A stretch of DNA of 64,000 bases, taken from assembly GCA_963693365.1 (NCBI GenBank), contig CAVNZM010000008.1, forward strand, positions 5,895,728 through 5,959,727, written 5' to 3'. How positions within the stretch are numbered: the first letter of the stretch is position 1; each line of letters begins with the position of its first letter. This DNA comes from Amoebidium appalachense. Taxonomy: Eukaryota; Protista; Ichthyosporea. The notes beneath the pieces were generated by a model. That model did no database searches and was not told the DNA's origin. It worked only from the letters and a program-made list of their open reading frames with translations. Positions 27,752 through 40,559 of this stretch are shown here, piece by piece. Both the position numbers and the translations under genes were made by a program.

Positions 27752-29600
27752 ATGTCTAACCACCTTGGTGACAACAATGCCGGCCCTAGTGGCCTGCATG
27801 GGGGGGAAGCTAGAAACGCCGACCTCATTTTCCTTGAAGAACTCGGCTATAATGTTCCCCTTTCCCCCCCCGGCTCTTCACCGTGGCACCCTGCTGGAGC
27901 AGACATTCCGTTGCTCGACCGTGTCTACTTCCGTTCACACGACTTGCAACACGACAATCAATACTGCTTCTCTTTTCATTCAGGGGAAACCGACTACGGC
28001 CAATCATTTGACCCCGAAGACCTGCCACCTGAAGACAATCGACATTCATCAGTCGACCTTCTCCACGGGCTGGAAGTCGAGATCAACTCAAACGCAAGCC
28101 GAGGCACCAGACGCCCTGATACGCGCCCTAACGGAGTATGCAAAATTGCACAACAAGACGGGCGTGAGCCTGGCAGCTTGGTGCTGGTGCGTCTTGGGTG
28201 TCTCCTTCTGTTTGTGCTGCTGGCATTTTTGGTATCGAAGTTTGCCAGCTGTACAGCGCGCACGGCACTGTACCGTTCGTCGACGGCACTCACCATGCTC
28301 CACCAACAACTACTCGCCCTCGCGAATGTATTCACTTCCAGGCAAAACTACGCGTGCCTTTCAGGGCAGTCTTCCCCCATCACTAAGTCACATGAATTTA
28401 TCAATCAGTTAGTGACTCTTAGTCGTGGTGAGCTCGACCTAGTGGTTACTTATTATGGTAACCGGGGCCCTCGAAAATTTCATCCAAGCATGCTCCCCTC
28501 GTGGGTTCGTGCCGGACGGGGCCCCCGTAAGAACTCTGGCCGAGGTGGTAGGGGTGGACGTGGAGGTGGCCGGGGGGGGCATAACAACCCCCCTCCTGCT
28601 GCCAACGAAAATGGGGATGGTAATGCAGGTGGCGGTGGCCCCCCACCTCCCCCGGACGGTGGTGCTGACGGTGGTGCCGGTGGTGCTAATGGTGCCGGAG
28701 GTGCTAACGGTGCTGGTGGTGACGACGGTGACGGTGGTGATGACGGTGACGGTAACGACGGCAACGGTGACGACCGGGAGGGGAAGGAAAAGATTCAACA
28801 CATCCCCTCAGCAGCAATTCAGTCCCGTCCTATGCTCGAGGCAGATGCCGATATCGACGAATTCTACAAACAACTCCAACATCATTTAATTTTCTTTTGT
28901 ATTATGGAGTTGGTGGGCTTAAATCGCACGTTGATGTTTATTCGTATGTGCATGGGCCCCGGGGACCCCCGAGATGCTGCCGACAACGTCGACCTTTCCA
29001 CGTGCACCGGCATCGACGATTTTTGGGCTAAGTTCCTTGAGAAGTATTTAGACAAGGAACGTAAGGAGGAGCATTTTAACGAGCTGAACAAGCTTCGTTT
29101 TATGCACACTCGGGCCTCGATAAAGACATTCCACAAGAAATTTAATTGCATCGTCTCCAACTCGGGTCTCAAGAACATGCCCGAGGTTGTGCTTCATCAT
29201 TACCAACGTACCCTCAACGACTACCCGGACCTTTGTTCCGAGGCCCGGGGCCCCTGCCACCACCCTCAAACAAGCCATGGGCCGTGTCATCCGACGGTAT
29301 GAGGCTGATGTGGGTGCTCACAATTTAAAATGTAACCGTAATGTGGGTGCTGTAGATGAGATGGGTGGTGGTAGTGGGGGGCATGGTGGTGGTGGTGGTG
29401 GTCACGGGGGTGGCCACGGAGGTAGTGGGGGTAATGTTGGTGGTAAGGGTAAATCTAATGGGGGGGGCAAATGGGCTAAGGATAATAAGAAAGATAAGAG
29501 GGGGCCCAATTGTTGGGCTTGCAAGCAGCCGGGGCATCGTTTTAAAGATTGCCCCACCCGAGCTGCCAAGAAGAACAAGGGCAAGCAAAGTGATAAATAG
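27752..29600 (+). CDS. gag: Gag-like protein with CCHC zinc knuckle (frameshift near 29250)
   Basis: Capsid-like helical region (FWAKFLEKYLDKERKEEHFNELNKLRF...FHKKFNCIV) and CWACKQPGHRFKDC knuckle; ends at TAG 29598-29600. Confidence 0.85.
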
Positions 29601-32600
29601 GTAATTGCCGGTGCTGGAAGCACGAATACGGCATGTATTGCACATTGTGACCCAGTGGGTCACGAAAAAGTAATTAAAAATGTGCCTATACCATGTGCTT
29701 CTGCCCCGGCTTCTTCTGATATTCCCCCCTCCGAGCCCCCTTCCCCCGACCCCCGACCCCCCACCCGCCCACACCTATCCCCCCCCACAAAGAAACTTCG
29801 AACACTCGATAGAATAAGAAAAGTGTTCGATATAAGTGCCATATGCAATGCAGGAAGACGTATCTATGTTAATGTTACGTTGAGTAATGAAAAATACTTT
29901 GCATTGTTTGACACTGGGGCATCATTCACGGTGGTTAGTGAAGCTGTTTTTTTCCCGACACATGCAGGAGTTTGCTTTGCAACCCTCGGATGTGATTGTT
30001 ACTTCTGTAAGGAAAAACGATAAAGCTCTAGCTGTGAGTGGTGAAGTGATGCTCCCGTTATGCCTCGGTTCTCAAACATTCATGTGGCCTTGCTTAGTAA
30101 TTAAAAATATTAAGCATGACATGATTATTGGGAACGATTTTGCCAACAAACACATTGCCACCACTAATCATCAAGCACACTCACTAACACTGGTGTCGGG
30201 GATGGTGGTGCCGACGTCATCTTTGCACACCCCCTACACAATGTGTCCTGTTACCGTCAAGCACGACACCACCGTCAAATCTGGCTTTGGATGTGTATTA
30301 CGTGCAACGGTGCAGGTGACTGCTGCTGCTGCTGCTGCTGGCACCCTCGGTATCTTCGAGCCTACTCGTGAATTTCGAGATAAGTTCCCCCCCACCATCT
30401 GTGAAATTAGTGTGGATAAATCTATTGCTGTTGTGTGCGAAAATGGTGTGGGTCCGGATTTGAACGTGTTCGGTACCATCGGTCATTTCGTTCCTACGAG
30501 CCGACATGAGTACATACACGAACTGAGTGTTTTGCAAGCCGAACCCCACCCCAGTCGTACACAAACCGTCGTTGGTGCAATAGCGCAGTGCATCAGGTGG
30601 GCAACGGGGGTGGAGAAGGTTGCCTACCCAATTCACCTCCGGCCGTGCCACCGGGCCGGGTGCCTACCGATAACATGTGTGGGCACGAAGGGCAGGTGAG
30701 TGGGACACGAGGCGGTCCGATACACTCACCGATCGACCAATCAATGTGTGCTGTTGATCATGAAACCCCCCCCCCCCCCCGCGAAAAATTTCGGAAATTT
30801 CGGGTGGGGGTGCACACACACACGATGCCGGCCAGGCTCCCCACGGTTTTGATTGGAATAGGGTGCCTCAGAGTATGCTTCCGGAGGTTAAGAAACTATT
30901 AGAAGCACACTCTCGTTGCTTCATCACTACGGACCCCGACGAATTTCCTCAGATTAAAGGATTCACCATGCACATAGACACGGGAGATAACACACCGATT
31001 CGATTAAAACAGTGGAGGTTGGAACAAGTGAAAGAGCAGGCTGCAAAGGAGATCGTGGAGGATATGTGTCGTAGAGGGCAGATGGAACAAGCACACAGTC
31101 AGTATAATTCACCCACCTTCGTAATACGAAAACCAAACGGAAAATACCGTCTGCTGACTGATTTTCGTGCTCTTAACAAGCAAATTCGAAAATCTGCCTG
31201 GCCCATGCCCAACTTGCAACAACAAATAGAGAAGTTGGCTGGGTATAAGTATTTCTGTAAAGCAGATATGTATGTCGGGTGCCTTTTACCAAATACTGCT
31301 AGACGCTGAGTCACGTGAAAAAACAGGATTTTCTGTGGCTGGGGTGCAGTATCGTTATTGTGTGGCACCACAGGGGCTCAGTACTTCCCCGTCCCAGCTA
31401 GCATCTATCATGACACAGATTTTGGCCCCCCTGGCCGATGATGTGGTGATATATGCCGATGATTTAGCTGTGGGTGCACACACCGAAACAGAATTAATAC
31501 AGAAGCTTGACCGACTTTTCACCCGTCTCGGTGAATATGGTGTTAAGCTCGATGGGGCAAAGACATATATTGGGCTAACGGAAATACCGTTTTTGGGTTG
31601 GATTGTAGGTGTGAATGGCATTCGGCCCGACCCGAAAAAGGTTCAGGCAGTGAAAGATTGGCCGGTACCAAACACACTACACCAACTCCGGGGTTTTCTG
31701 GGTATTACTTCCTATCTCCGCCGTCACATTTTAAATTACGCAGAGCGAGCCCGACCCATGAATGCCGAGTGTCACGGAGAAAAACACCGACGGTTAAAAT
31801 GGACGGACGAATTAGATCGCTCGTTTAAAGATTTAAAATCGACGTTATCGGAGGAAGTGCTTGCCCTGCCCGATCTTTCCCCCACGGGGGGTCAGTTTCT
31901 TATTCGTTGTGATGCTAGTCGGTTCTCGGAAGGGGCTTGCCTGTATCAAAAACAAAAAGATGGCAAGTTCCGCACGGTGGCATATGCCTCCCGGATGTTT
32001 CAACCTACCGAACGTAGGTGGAGCAACATCGAACGAGAAACGCATGCAATCTATTGGGCACTGAAAGAGTTTAGGGTGTACGTGTATGGTCGAGTAAATA
32101 CTATTGTGGAAAGTGACCATAAGCCCTGTCTTTCTCTTAAAGGTGTCAAACGGATAGCAAACGAACGGATGCAACGGTGGGCTTTGGAAATGCAGGAGTA
32201 TGATTTCGATCTATACTACCGTCCTGGCCCTACCATGCACGATGCTGATGGGTTAAGCCGTATAGGATATATTCTGCATGAGAACGAAAACATACCACTG
32301 GAAAGGTGGGATGTGAAAAAGGAATTACAAGAGGTTCTCACAGCAGATTTATCCGAGCTTAGCTCGAAACCAGCAGAAGTGTTTGTTGATTGGGGTGATG
32401 CACTCGAATTCACACACATTTTCGATCCAGACCGCTTGAAATGTGCACAAATTTCTGCACTCAGTCAAGCCGGCCTGCCCTCCCTTTCTGCACTCGGTGG
32501 TGCCGGCTATCAGAAGGAAGCAATTATGATGGCACAGGGGGGGACAAAATGTGTAAGGATATAATCACGTGGCTACGGTGGCTTGCCTCCCTCGATGCCG

Positions 32601-33832
32601 AGGCCAAACGAGAATGGCAGGCAGGGGGGGAACGAGCTGCACACGGTCTTAATCTTGAGTATTTCGGATACAAAAAGGTTAAGAAAATAGCACAAATGTG
32701 TGTGATAGAGGATGACGTGCTTTATCATGTGGCTAAGGATGGTCGTCGTTGCCTGTATGTGCCCGAAATCCTTCGTGCTGATTTATTAAGAAGTGTGCAC
32801 GACGGGGGGGGCTCATACTGGCATTGAACGAACTTACGAAAGATTATACAATTATTATTGGCCACGCATGCACAAAGATATCACTGCTTATGTGAATGCC
32901 TGCACACAGTGCCAAGGCCGTAACGATAACCCACACTTGAGAAGTAGGCCATTTGAACAGAGATACGAAAATTTAAAAATGTTCTCTCGTGTTTCTGTTG
33001 ACCTTATGGGTCCGTTCACAGAAACGAAAAATGGTAATACTTTCATTTGTGTGTTTATGGATATGCCAACGAAGTATTTAATCACTGTGCCCATCCAATC
33101 TAAGCATGCCGTTAATGTTGCACATGCACTCATGAATGTAATTTGCTATATACAGGGCCCCCCTCGTACACTCTTGAGTGATCAGGGATCAGAATTTCTC
33201 AATGAGCTCATTATTGAGATTTGCCGTATAGCAAATATTGCACAAGTGAGCACCTCTGCATATCACCCACAAAGCAACGGTTCCAATGAACGGTCTCATA
33301 GATTTATTAATAATGCACTCTCAAAGTACGTTAATTATGAGCACACTAATTGGGACACCCTGTTGCCGGTGGTTACACATGCATACAACACAACAACACA
33401 CAAAATTTTGCAATGTACACCGTATTATCTTGTGTACGGGCAAGAAGCAACACAATTCCCTGACGTTGCCCTTCTTAGCAGTAACCACCCGGCACTCAAG
33501 GACCCAAAGTGGAAGGCATACCGGCGAGAGTTACTAGCCCGTCTGCCTCTGCTCCGTGCTGTGGTCCAGCAACGTGCCGTACGAGAGCCCCCAGGCCCCT
33601 CGGTGGCTCGTGAATTTGAGAAGGGTGCACGGATACGTGTTCGGAATCAAGCCAAAAATATCGGTGCCTGGGATGTACGGTGGATTACGGGTTACGAAAT
33701 CGTCAAAAGGGTCGGCCCGGTCACGTACGAGATCCGAAGCTTAGCAACTATGAAGAAATCTAAGTGGCACTTTGACGATATTCAGCTTGAATTGAGTGAG
33801 CAAAATAGAATTCGGCCTCAAGATCTCTCTCA
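29601..33832 (+). pseudogene. pol: Pol polyprotein (aspartic protease, RT, RNase H, integrase) with several frameshifts, interrupted by a DNA transposon
   Basis: LFDTGAS (protease); YNSPTFVIRKPNGKYRLLTDFRALN, PQGL and YADD (RT); CDAS...ERETHAI...SDHKP (RNase H); HHCC plus DLMGP...SDQGSEF...NGSNER (integrase); GPVTY. Some frameshifts fall in homopolymers (decay or read error). Confidence 0.93.
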
Positions 33833-35901
33833 TGATAATTCGCACAGATCTATTCGGACACTTTTGTCCTAATTAACCTATTTTTAGACGATCGCGCTAT
33901 TTCTAGCGCATTTGCATAGTAACCAGGCCTCAAAAAGGTGAAAAACGTGAAATTCACGTCATTTCGACATAGTAACATATATAACATGTACGCCATCTCT
34001 TGGGCGCATTTGGTCATCGAAGTTGGCGACCTTCTAAGAAAACACGTGGTTTTTTCGCTAAATTTTAATTTAAACTAAAATAACTTTCGTTGTGTGTTTC
34101 TGGAGCGGCTAAGACCACTATATGCTGCTAGCTAGAGATATAGGCTAACGCATGCAAAAAACCCGACCACCTAATCTTAATTCTGAGGCAACCTACCTAA
34201 GGTCCAACTTAGGGCACTTTTATCGAGAAAACCTTAGCCACACTGTCCCTGTTACCACCCGTTCTACTTCTAAGACAATGTTTACGACTTTTCTTCAATT
34301 TTCTGGCTAGCTAATGAGGAAAGTAAGTACAAAAGGTTTTAAACGTGGTTCTTCTTTACACTTGTTGCTACTAGTTCCAGTCCCTTCTATTATAGAAAGA
34401 CAAAATAAGGGAAGCTTATACCCCACGAAAGGTATGCTCGAGATCACAAACCCAAAGCAGTCTGCAAAGTCTGCAATTCCACGTCCCCCCCCCCCCCCCC
34501 TCCCCCCCCCCCCCCCTCCCCCCACCTCCTCTCTCTCTCTCACACCTACTGCTCCTGCTCTTTGGTTCTGCGGTGACGTACAGGCACCCCCTTTTCCAGG
34601 TGCTGCTCGTAGCAGTTGCGATCTGAATTTTTGTAGCACAATGCCACACCGCACCTGCTGCACATGCAGCTCACCCTGCTGCGCTTGTATCCCTTTTGAT
34701 CCGTGCGCGCGCACATAACACAGTCGAGCGCTTGCCGGAACCGATAAGCACCGGGTGACAGAGGTTGCTTCGTTTGGCGGTTGTGGTGTTTGTTGACAGC
34801 GATTTTAGTATGCGCGCGCTTTTGTTTGCCGGCTGGCAGAAGTGGGTTGTTGAGAAGTTCACCCGCAAGTTTTTCGCACCACTGCTCGTTTGAAAGTGCA
34901 TTCTTGTCCCCGTCTGCAATGAGATGCTTGTAGGCCAGGTAGGTGTTTATAAACACCATATCAACTAACCCAGCAAAGGTGCGGTGCCAGGGTGTGTGGG
35001 GGACCCATGCCTGCTCGAGTGAACTGCTCCCTTGCCGGAGTTTGTTGTGTACGTCTGCACTGTTGAAATATGTGAAGAATTCGCGCACTGCTTTTGGCAT
35101 GGGCACTTGTGTTCCGTTTTTTGTGATACGGGGAGCTCCTGCTTCCGTACTTCCTGCCGTCGTTACTACACGCATGCTGAAATCCTTATCCTGCCAACGT
35201 ATGGGGGGGATGGGAGAGGGAGAGGGCGAGCCCCCGCCCCCCCCCCCCCCTCCCCCCTCCCCTCAATAAAAAGGATATACACCTTCGCACATCCCACAAC
35301 TAGCTGAATCTCGCTCCGTGGTACTTCTTCTACTTTCCCGTCGTAGTCTATGTGTACAACCATTTATTGTTCTTTAATACTTGCACAGTTGTGCCTGTGA
35401 ACTGTTTCGTTTCCCATTCTTCACCAATCTGCTCTTTACTCCAACGTTCATCGTCGTTCCTGACTTTACCATCAAAGATGCGTGGAAAAACCCAAACTCT
35501 CTGGTCTTTCCTAAACGCCTAACCATTTTCTTTTCTTTTCACCTATTTCTACTCTAATTCTACCTTGTTCTTTTTGTTTTCTAGCGCGCAAACTATCATG
35601 CAGTGTCTTTTAGTCCGGAAACCAAACGGTGTCCGTGATCCGACAGTCGGACACCCCAAAACTGGGGGAAAACGGTTGCACCCATGATCTTTTGCGCGCC
35701 AAAAGCTACTCACCCTGCAGTCCTATTGGTTTCCTATAAAGACAAAAAAGGCAGGAAAATACTAGACCTCATTGGCCATACCCAGCTTGTGGGGTGTTTC
35801 CTAGCGAAAACAACGCTAGCGACGCCGCCGAAAAAGATAGGACACTTTTGTCCTTTTTAGCCATTAATTAGGACAGATTTGTCCGGTTATGCGGATTATC
35901 A
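33833..35901 (-). mobile_element. piggyBac-like DNA transposon (2069 bp, probably internally deleted), TG...CA termini, 4-bp TSD CTCA
   Basis: Imperfect TIRs TGATAATTCGCA...CGGACACTTTTGTCCTAATTAA / TTAATTAGGACAGATTTGTCCG...TGCGGATTATCA; CTCA at 33829-33832 and 35902-35905; removal restores the pol frame (PQDLSH|LPDTGDSH). Confidence 0.9.
34546..35363 (-). pseudogene. C-terminal part of a piggyBac-like transposase, with a candidate intron at 35191-35282
   Basis: YFNSADVHNKLRQ...WHRTFAGLVDMVFINTYLAY resembles the piggyBac C-terminal catalytic region, followed by a Cys-rich domain CVMC...CSRCGVALC...CYEQH. The N-terminal catalytic part is not found. Confidence 0.75.
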
Positions 35902-35905
35902 CTCA

Positions 35906-36182
35906 CCTCCCGGACACGGGCGATAGTCACAACTTCAACAAGGTTCTGCCGGACGAGTGGGTGGTGGAAAAGGTGCTTGACGTAAGAATTCAGAAACGGC
36001 GCAAGCAATCCACCCCTTACAAGTGGTACCAGATCAAGTGGGCAGGCAAAGATGATTCATTCACCTCCTGGGAGTGTGAGAAAGACTTAGCCTGCCCGGA
36101 CAAGATCCGAGAGTTCCACCAACGCAGAGGTGACCTTGCATCGTTCCACGGATACATTGACTCATTGTGTGGAGCATGGTGA
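35906..36182 (+). pseudogene. Integrase C-terminal chromodomain (separated from pol by the nested transposon)
   Basis: EWVVEKVLDVR...WYQIKWAGKDDSFTSWECEKDLACPDKIREF, group I chromodomain pattern. Confidence 0.9.
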
Positions 36183-36222
36183 CGTATGTCGAGGACGACA
36201 TACTTCTTTTTACGGTGGGGCG

Positions 36223-36832
36223 TGTGGTATATTATACCGGATATCTAGTATGGATGTACACAGGTTGAGATATACGCGCACGTGTACATGTATATATACC
36301 ACTGTGTTTGATCTTAGGCAGGCCAGTATGCATGTCCCCCCCAGTCTTTTGCGCATGAGCATGGAGTTAAACATATGTGCACGTGCAACTTGCAGGATTA
36401 TTCATGGGAAAACAGATATAATAGTCACATGGGACCGACACGTAGTAAGAGGAACCATGAGGGTTAAGTTATAGTTTTATCATGGGAAAATATGCAAGTA
36501 GCCGTGAGGTATGACTGTGGAATGCATCGATAGCCAAGTACTGTCACCCGATTGGCTCACTAAGTTTATTGGAACCGTGATAGCCATGGGACAGAACCGT
36601 GAACCGTATGTGATTGGCTCATAGCCAAAAAAGCACATACCGATGCGCATGTCTGAGCCGCTGTGCGAGCTCCGATATAAGGGCATGTCGGGGGCTTCAG
36701 AGCTCACTCAGTGTGCTCGGCTTACTAGGTGTAAGTAGGACTAGCACGTAACTAAGCAAAGCGTGGTCTAGTCAACCCCGTTCATTTATAAACATATTGT
36801 TTGTCACAGACACACGATCATATTATACAACA
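36223..36832 (+). repeat. Putative 3' LTR (~610 bp)
   Basis: Follows the pol stop and a G-rich PPT-like tract (ACGGTGGGGCG); begins TGTGGTATATTATA and ends TATTATACAACA (imperfect inverted ends); TATAA at 36676-36680. The left boundary is inferred because there is no second copy. Confidence 0.7.
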
Positions 36833-36844
36833 CTCCCCCCCCCC

Positions 36845-36875
<31 letters not shown>

Positions 36876-36900
36876 ACTGTGACACACACGTGCGCGCACG

Positions 36901-36967
<67 letters not shown>

Positions 36968-37954
36968 ACACACACAGCGCGCGCGCGCGCGCGCGCGCGC
37001 GCACACGCACGCACATTTAGGTGTTCATGAAGCGCTGGGCGATGAACATAGCTTTTTGCTCATGGCCTTCTCACCGACCAACATTGGCTGATAGAACTTG
37101 TGACATCCGTTGCTTTCATTTCATGTTCGTCTGCACATGGCTCTTGCCTCATTCATAGGCTCCTACTCCCATGTGGTCCTTTGGCTATGTATCACTATTT
37201 AGTCTCGAGGCTCTCACTCTAAGACTTTAAAAATTAAATTAGTTAATAATTAAATCCGAGGTTAAAGAACAATAGTTATAGGGGTGGTTACTTTGGCTTG
37301 TTGCTCCTGTTGCCACGTCCCCTTCTTCGGTGTGCGAGCACAAAGGGGGCTGGGCATGTACACGTGGAGGCCTTGCTGTCATTTGCATCATTCTTGACAC
37401 CGAGGCTCTCTGACAGTGTCTTAAGAAATGATTGTGTGGAAATAGCTTTAAAAATTGCTTGCTTGGAGATTATCTGAACACGTGGACAGCCAGGCACACC
37501 GCCTAACATCATTTTCACTCATGCAGGTGGAAGCAGGAAAAACTGAGCTGATGCTCATGGCTCGTGAGCTGCTACAAGTAACTTGTGAGATGACCCAAGA
37601 GATGGTCGAGATACGCAGGTTGCGCTTGGAGGTGGAGAAGGCCAATCTAGATCTCCAGAGGGACTCGGCGAGTCCAAGGCCAGAGTCGAGTCTCAGATGA
37701 TGTATGCCGAGGGCGAGAAGAACGATGGCTCCAGTGGCTTTGGTTGACATGATGGGTGGTAGTGAGCCGAATATTTCCAAGAGTTAAGCAGGCAGCAAAG
37801 TATGAGTGAACAAGGCCCCGTATAGGTTCCTCTAGGCTACTAACCGTAGGATCCCAAATCGTTAGGTGTGTGTCTGGTCATGAAATGTGTACTATATGTG
37901 AAACGAATTGTTATATTAGTGTTCGAACTCCGATATGATACCCGATGTACTGAT

Positions 37955-38170
37955 AAGACTCAACAGGTAAATCGTCTCAGAATATAATACACTGAATTGG
38001 GCCGTATATGCCCATATATAGAGACCTGTGGCAAAGAAGCCACTTACCACTTTATATACTTTATACAGTAATATGGGCAAAACTACGGTATCGATGGCTG
38101 CGTTAAATGCCGTAAATGAGAGAGAAGCAGTTTTCTCTTGCTCTCTCTAGGTTTGATGATGCCCAAGCCT
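37955..38170. repeat. Diverged duplicate of 40560-40860
   Basis: Collinear shared blocks AGACTCAA..TCGTCTCAGAA, ATGCCCATATATAGA, GCAAAGAAGCCAC, GAGAAGCAGTTTTC.CTTGCTCTCTC and TGATGATGC. Confidence 0.7.
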
Positions 38171-38242
38171 TGTTTTGTCCCCTCTCCCTCCCCCCCCCCC
38201 CCCCCCCCCTCCCCCCCCACAAAAAAAAAAAGAAAAGAAGAA

Positions 38243-38290
<48 letters not shown>

Positions 38291-38377
38291 AAAAGAAAAA
38301 GAAAACAAAAAAAAAAAAAAGAAGAAAAAGAAAAGAAAAGGCTCATGAACTCAAAGCACGCCCGCTTTTTTTTTTTT

Positions 38378-38408
<31 letters not shown>

Positions 38409-38944
38409 GGGGGGCTGACTCCCGGGCTGCAGACTAGTGCTTCTCAACGTCTCTCAGTTTTAGTATTATTACCACCTTTATTACCCTGCGTACGGTGTGT
38501 GCGCGCACGCGCACCTGTGTGCAGTGCGCTGCTCGCATGTGTGTAAAGGGGAAGGGGAGAGGGGGGGAGGGTTAGTATTCAGCTCAGGCCCCATGATGCT
38601 CTGTGTGTGTGTTCACGTGTGTGTGTGGCCCAGCAGAGAGGGGGGCCGGGGAGGGGGGGGGGAGGGGGGGGGAGGGGGAAGGGGAGGGGGGAGGGGAAGG
38701 GGAGGGGGGGGGGGGGGGGTCAGAGTAAAGGATGAGTTTTACAGTACCAGACATCAATCATTATGAACACAACAAAATGCTTGATGACATGTCTACGGAC
38801 GTGCAGGGAGACGAGTGTAATACTATGAGATTCAAGGGCTGTGTTGCTCTGTTTTAGTTTGTGTGTCTGGTGGTGGTGCCGGTTGTGGTTGGGGACCGGG
38901 GGGAATTCATGGGTGGGGATCGACTGAGGGGAGGCCGAGGAGGG

Positions 38945-38978
<34 letters not shown>

Positions 38979-39402
38979 TACTATGCCTCGAAGGCAAAAG
39001 CAACTCAAAAGCTTGAAATAAATGAAAGACGACAAAAACAAACACACAGAAAAACACACACATAAATACAGAAACAAAAACACATCTGAAAGAGTACACT
39101 GGGGGCAAGATACAAAAACAGAAAAACAAATAAAAAAAACCGAAAAACAATTTGAACATAACAAAAACGCAGAAAAGGAACATTGGCACTTCGAAAACAA
39201 CTGATAAACAAAGGTTCGCACAACCACCTCGGAACCATGACACACAAAACCAACTCACAAAAGGAATTGAAAAAAGTATATTGCGTGTGTTTGTGCGATT
39301 GTGCCACGGGAGGTTTGAATGCGGTGCATGTCAGTCCTTGTGCATGTTGAGTGCTGCGGGGCGCGCGGACGTGCGTATCCCTTGGTGCATGTGTGTGCAT
39401 GA

Positions 39403-39447
<45 letters not shown>

Positions 39448-39808
39448 GTTTTGTATGGGTCTAAGGGAGCAGAGTGCACAGTGGTGTCATGTAAAACACG
39501 ACCAACACTATAAAGAGAGAGCAATCGGAGTTCACGACACTTGAAAGACTTCAACAACAACTAACCTTTTATTGTGCTCTCGGGTCTTTTTGTACTTGCA
39601 ACTTATCATCTTATCTCAACTAAAAGGAGAGAACCAACCGGTTCTATCAGATGATAGAAAGATACATTCCAACAGAGCATACGCATTCCAACTTCCGACA
39701 TAACTGAAGCTTAGAAACTCTTACTTTAATAACTTAAGTGATTATACATCTTGTCGCTATTAATACACATATATATTTATACTCGGAGGCTCTAAAAAGA
39801 AACGGCGT

Positions 39809-40380
39809 GTGTTTAGTATAAAATCAAGGATGTTGTAATTTTCAGGTAGGCTATCTTTCTGGGTGTCTGTTGTGAATGTGTCTCGTGTGTGTTGCGGTAT
39901 TATGTGGTCTATCAAACTACATTTGGCAATACATGACTGTTTAAACTGGTGTGTGTGTGTGTTGTTTGGGCATGCAAACGATGCCACCTCAGTATACTTA
40001 TTAGATCTCCACTGTATAGCACGTGTACTTAGTAGAAGCGTGGTAAGTGATCAATAATACCATCATCTGATCTAGAGAAAGACCAATTCTACAGGAAGGT
40101 AATATGTATTTAGGTGTTACACATTTGCGAGTGCCATATTTGGCAATATGGTTGAGGCGGTCATTATATATAAAACGAGACATACGGCTTAGTTTTTCAA
40201 GGGGTATGCTTTCATCGGATCTAGTGTCGTGTGGTATCTTTTTCCATTTGTTATGTTGTGTAATTATTTTGTGATTATGTACATGTCTAATAAGTAAATG
40301 GCAGTCCAAAGTCACACGCACACTTTTGCGAGGTTTATTTGTATTTGTGCCCGGGGAAGAAGGAGAGGGAGAGGGAAGAA
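39809..40380 (-). mobile_element. Degenerate fragment of a probable non-LTR retrotransposon 3' coding region; copy of 51840-52440
   Basis: Near-identical peptide on the minus strand (VTLDCHLLIRHVHNHK...NYNILDFILNT) with a frameshift. Confidence 0.6.
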
Positions 40381-40559
40381 AGGAGGGGAGAGGTGGGGAG
40401 CGGACAGGTCGGATAGAGAAGAGATCGGTGCGAAGGGTCGAAAATTACGAAAAACAAAGTGTGTCTTCTCGCCGTAGAAGGTACATATTAGTTGAACGCG
40501 TATAAACACTTGTCACGAATTGTAATCTTAATGCTAATCGATAATCGATATGTGTTGTG

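Larger units (their letters stand above)
27575..36832 (+). mobile_element. Ty3/Gypsy chromovirus retrotransposon with a single (3') LTR and inverted termini; 5-bp TSD CTCCC
   Basis: TG...CA ends; CTCCC at 27570-27574 and 36833-36837; gag-PR-RT-RNaseH-IN-chromodomain order; 27575-27657 is the reverse complement of 36744-36832 with one 6-bp indel. Confidence 0.92.

Noticed and set aside
27575-36832. DIRS/Ngaro or Ginger classification because of the inverted termini
   Set aside because: It encodes protease, RT and a DDE integrase with a chromodomain and has a 5-bp TSD; there is no tyrosine recombinase, and Ginger elements lack RT.
27420-37700. Possible host gene split by the retroelement (coiled-coil-like segments near 27423-27521 and 37526-37700)
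   Set aside because: No start codon or consistent exon chain could be built and no family was recognised.
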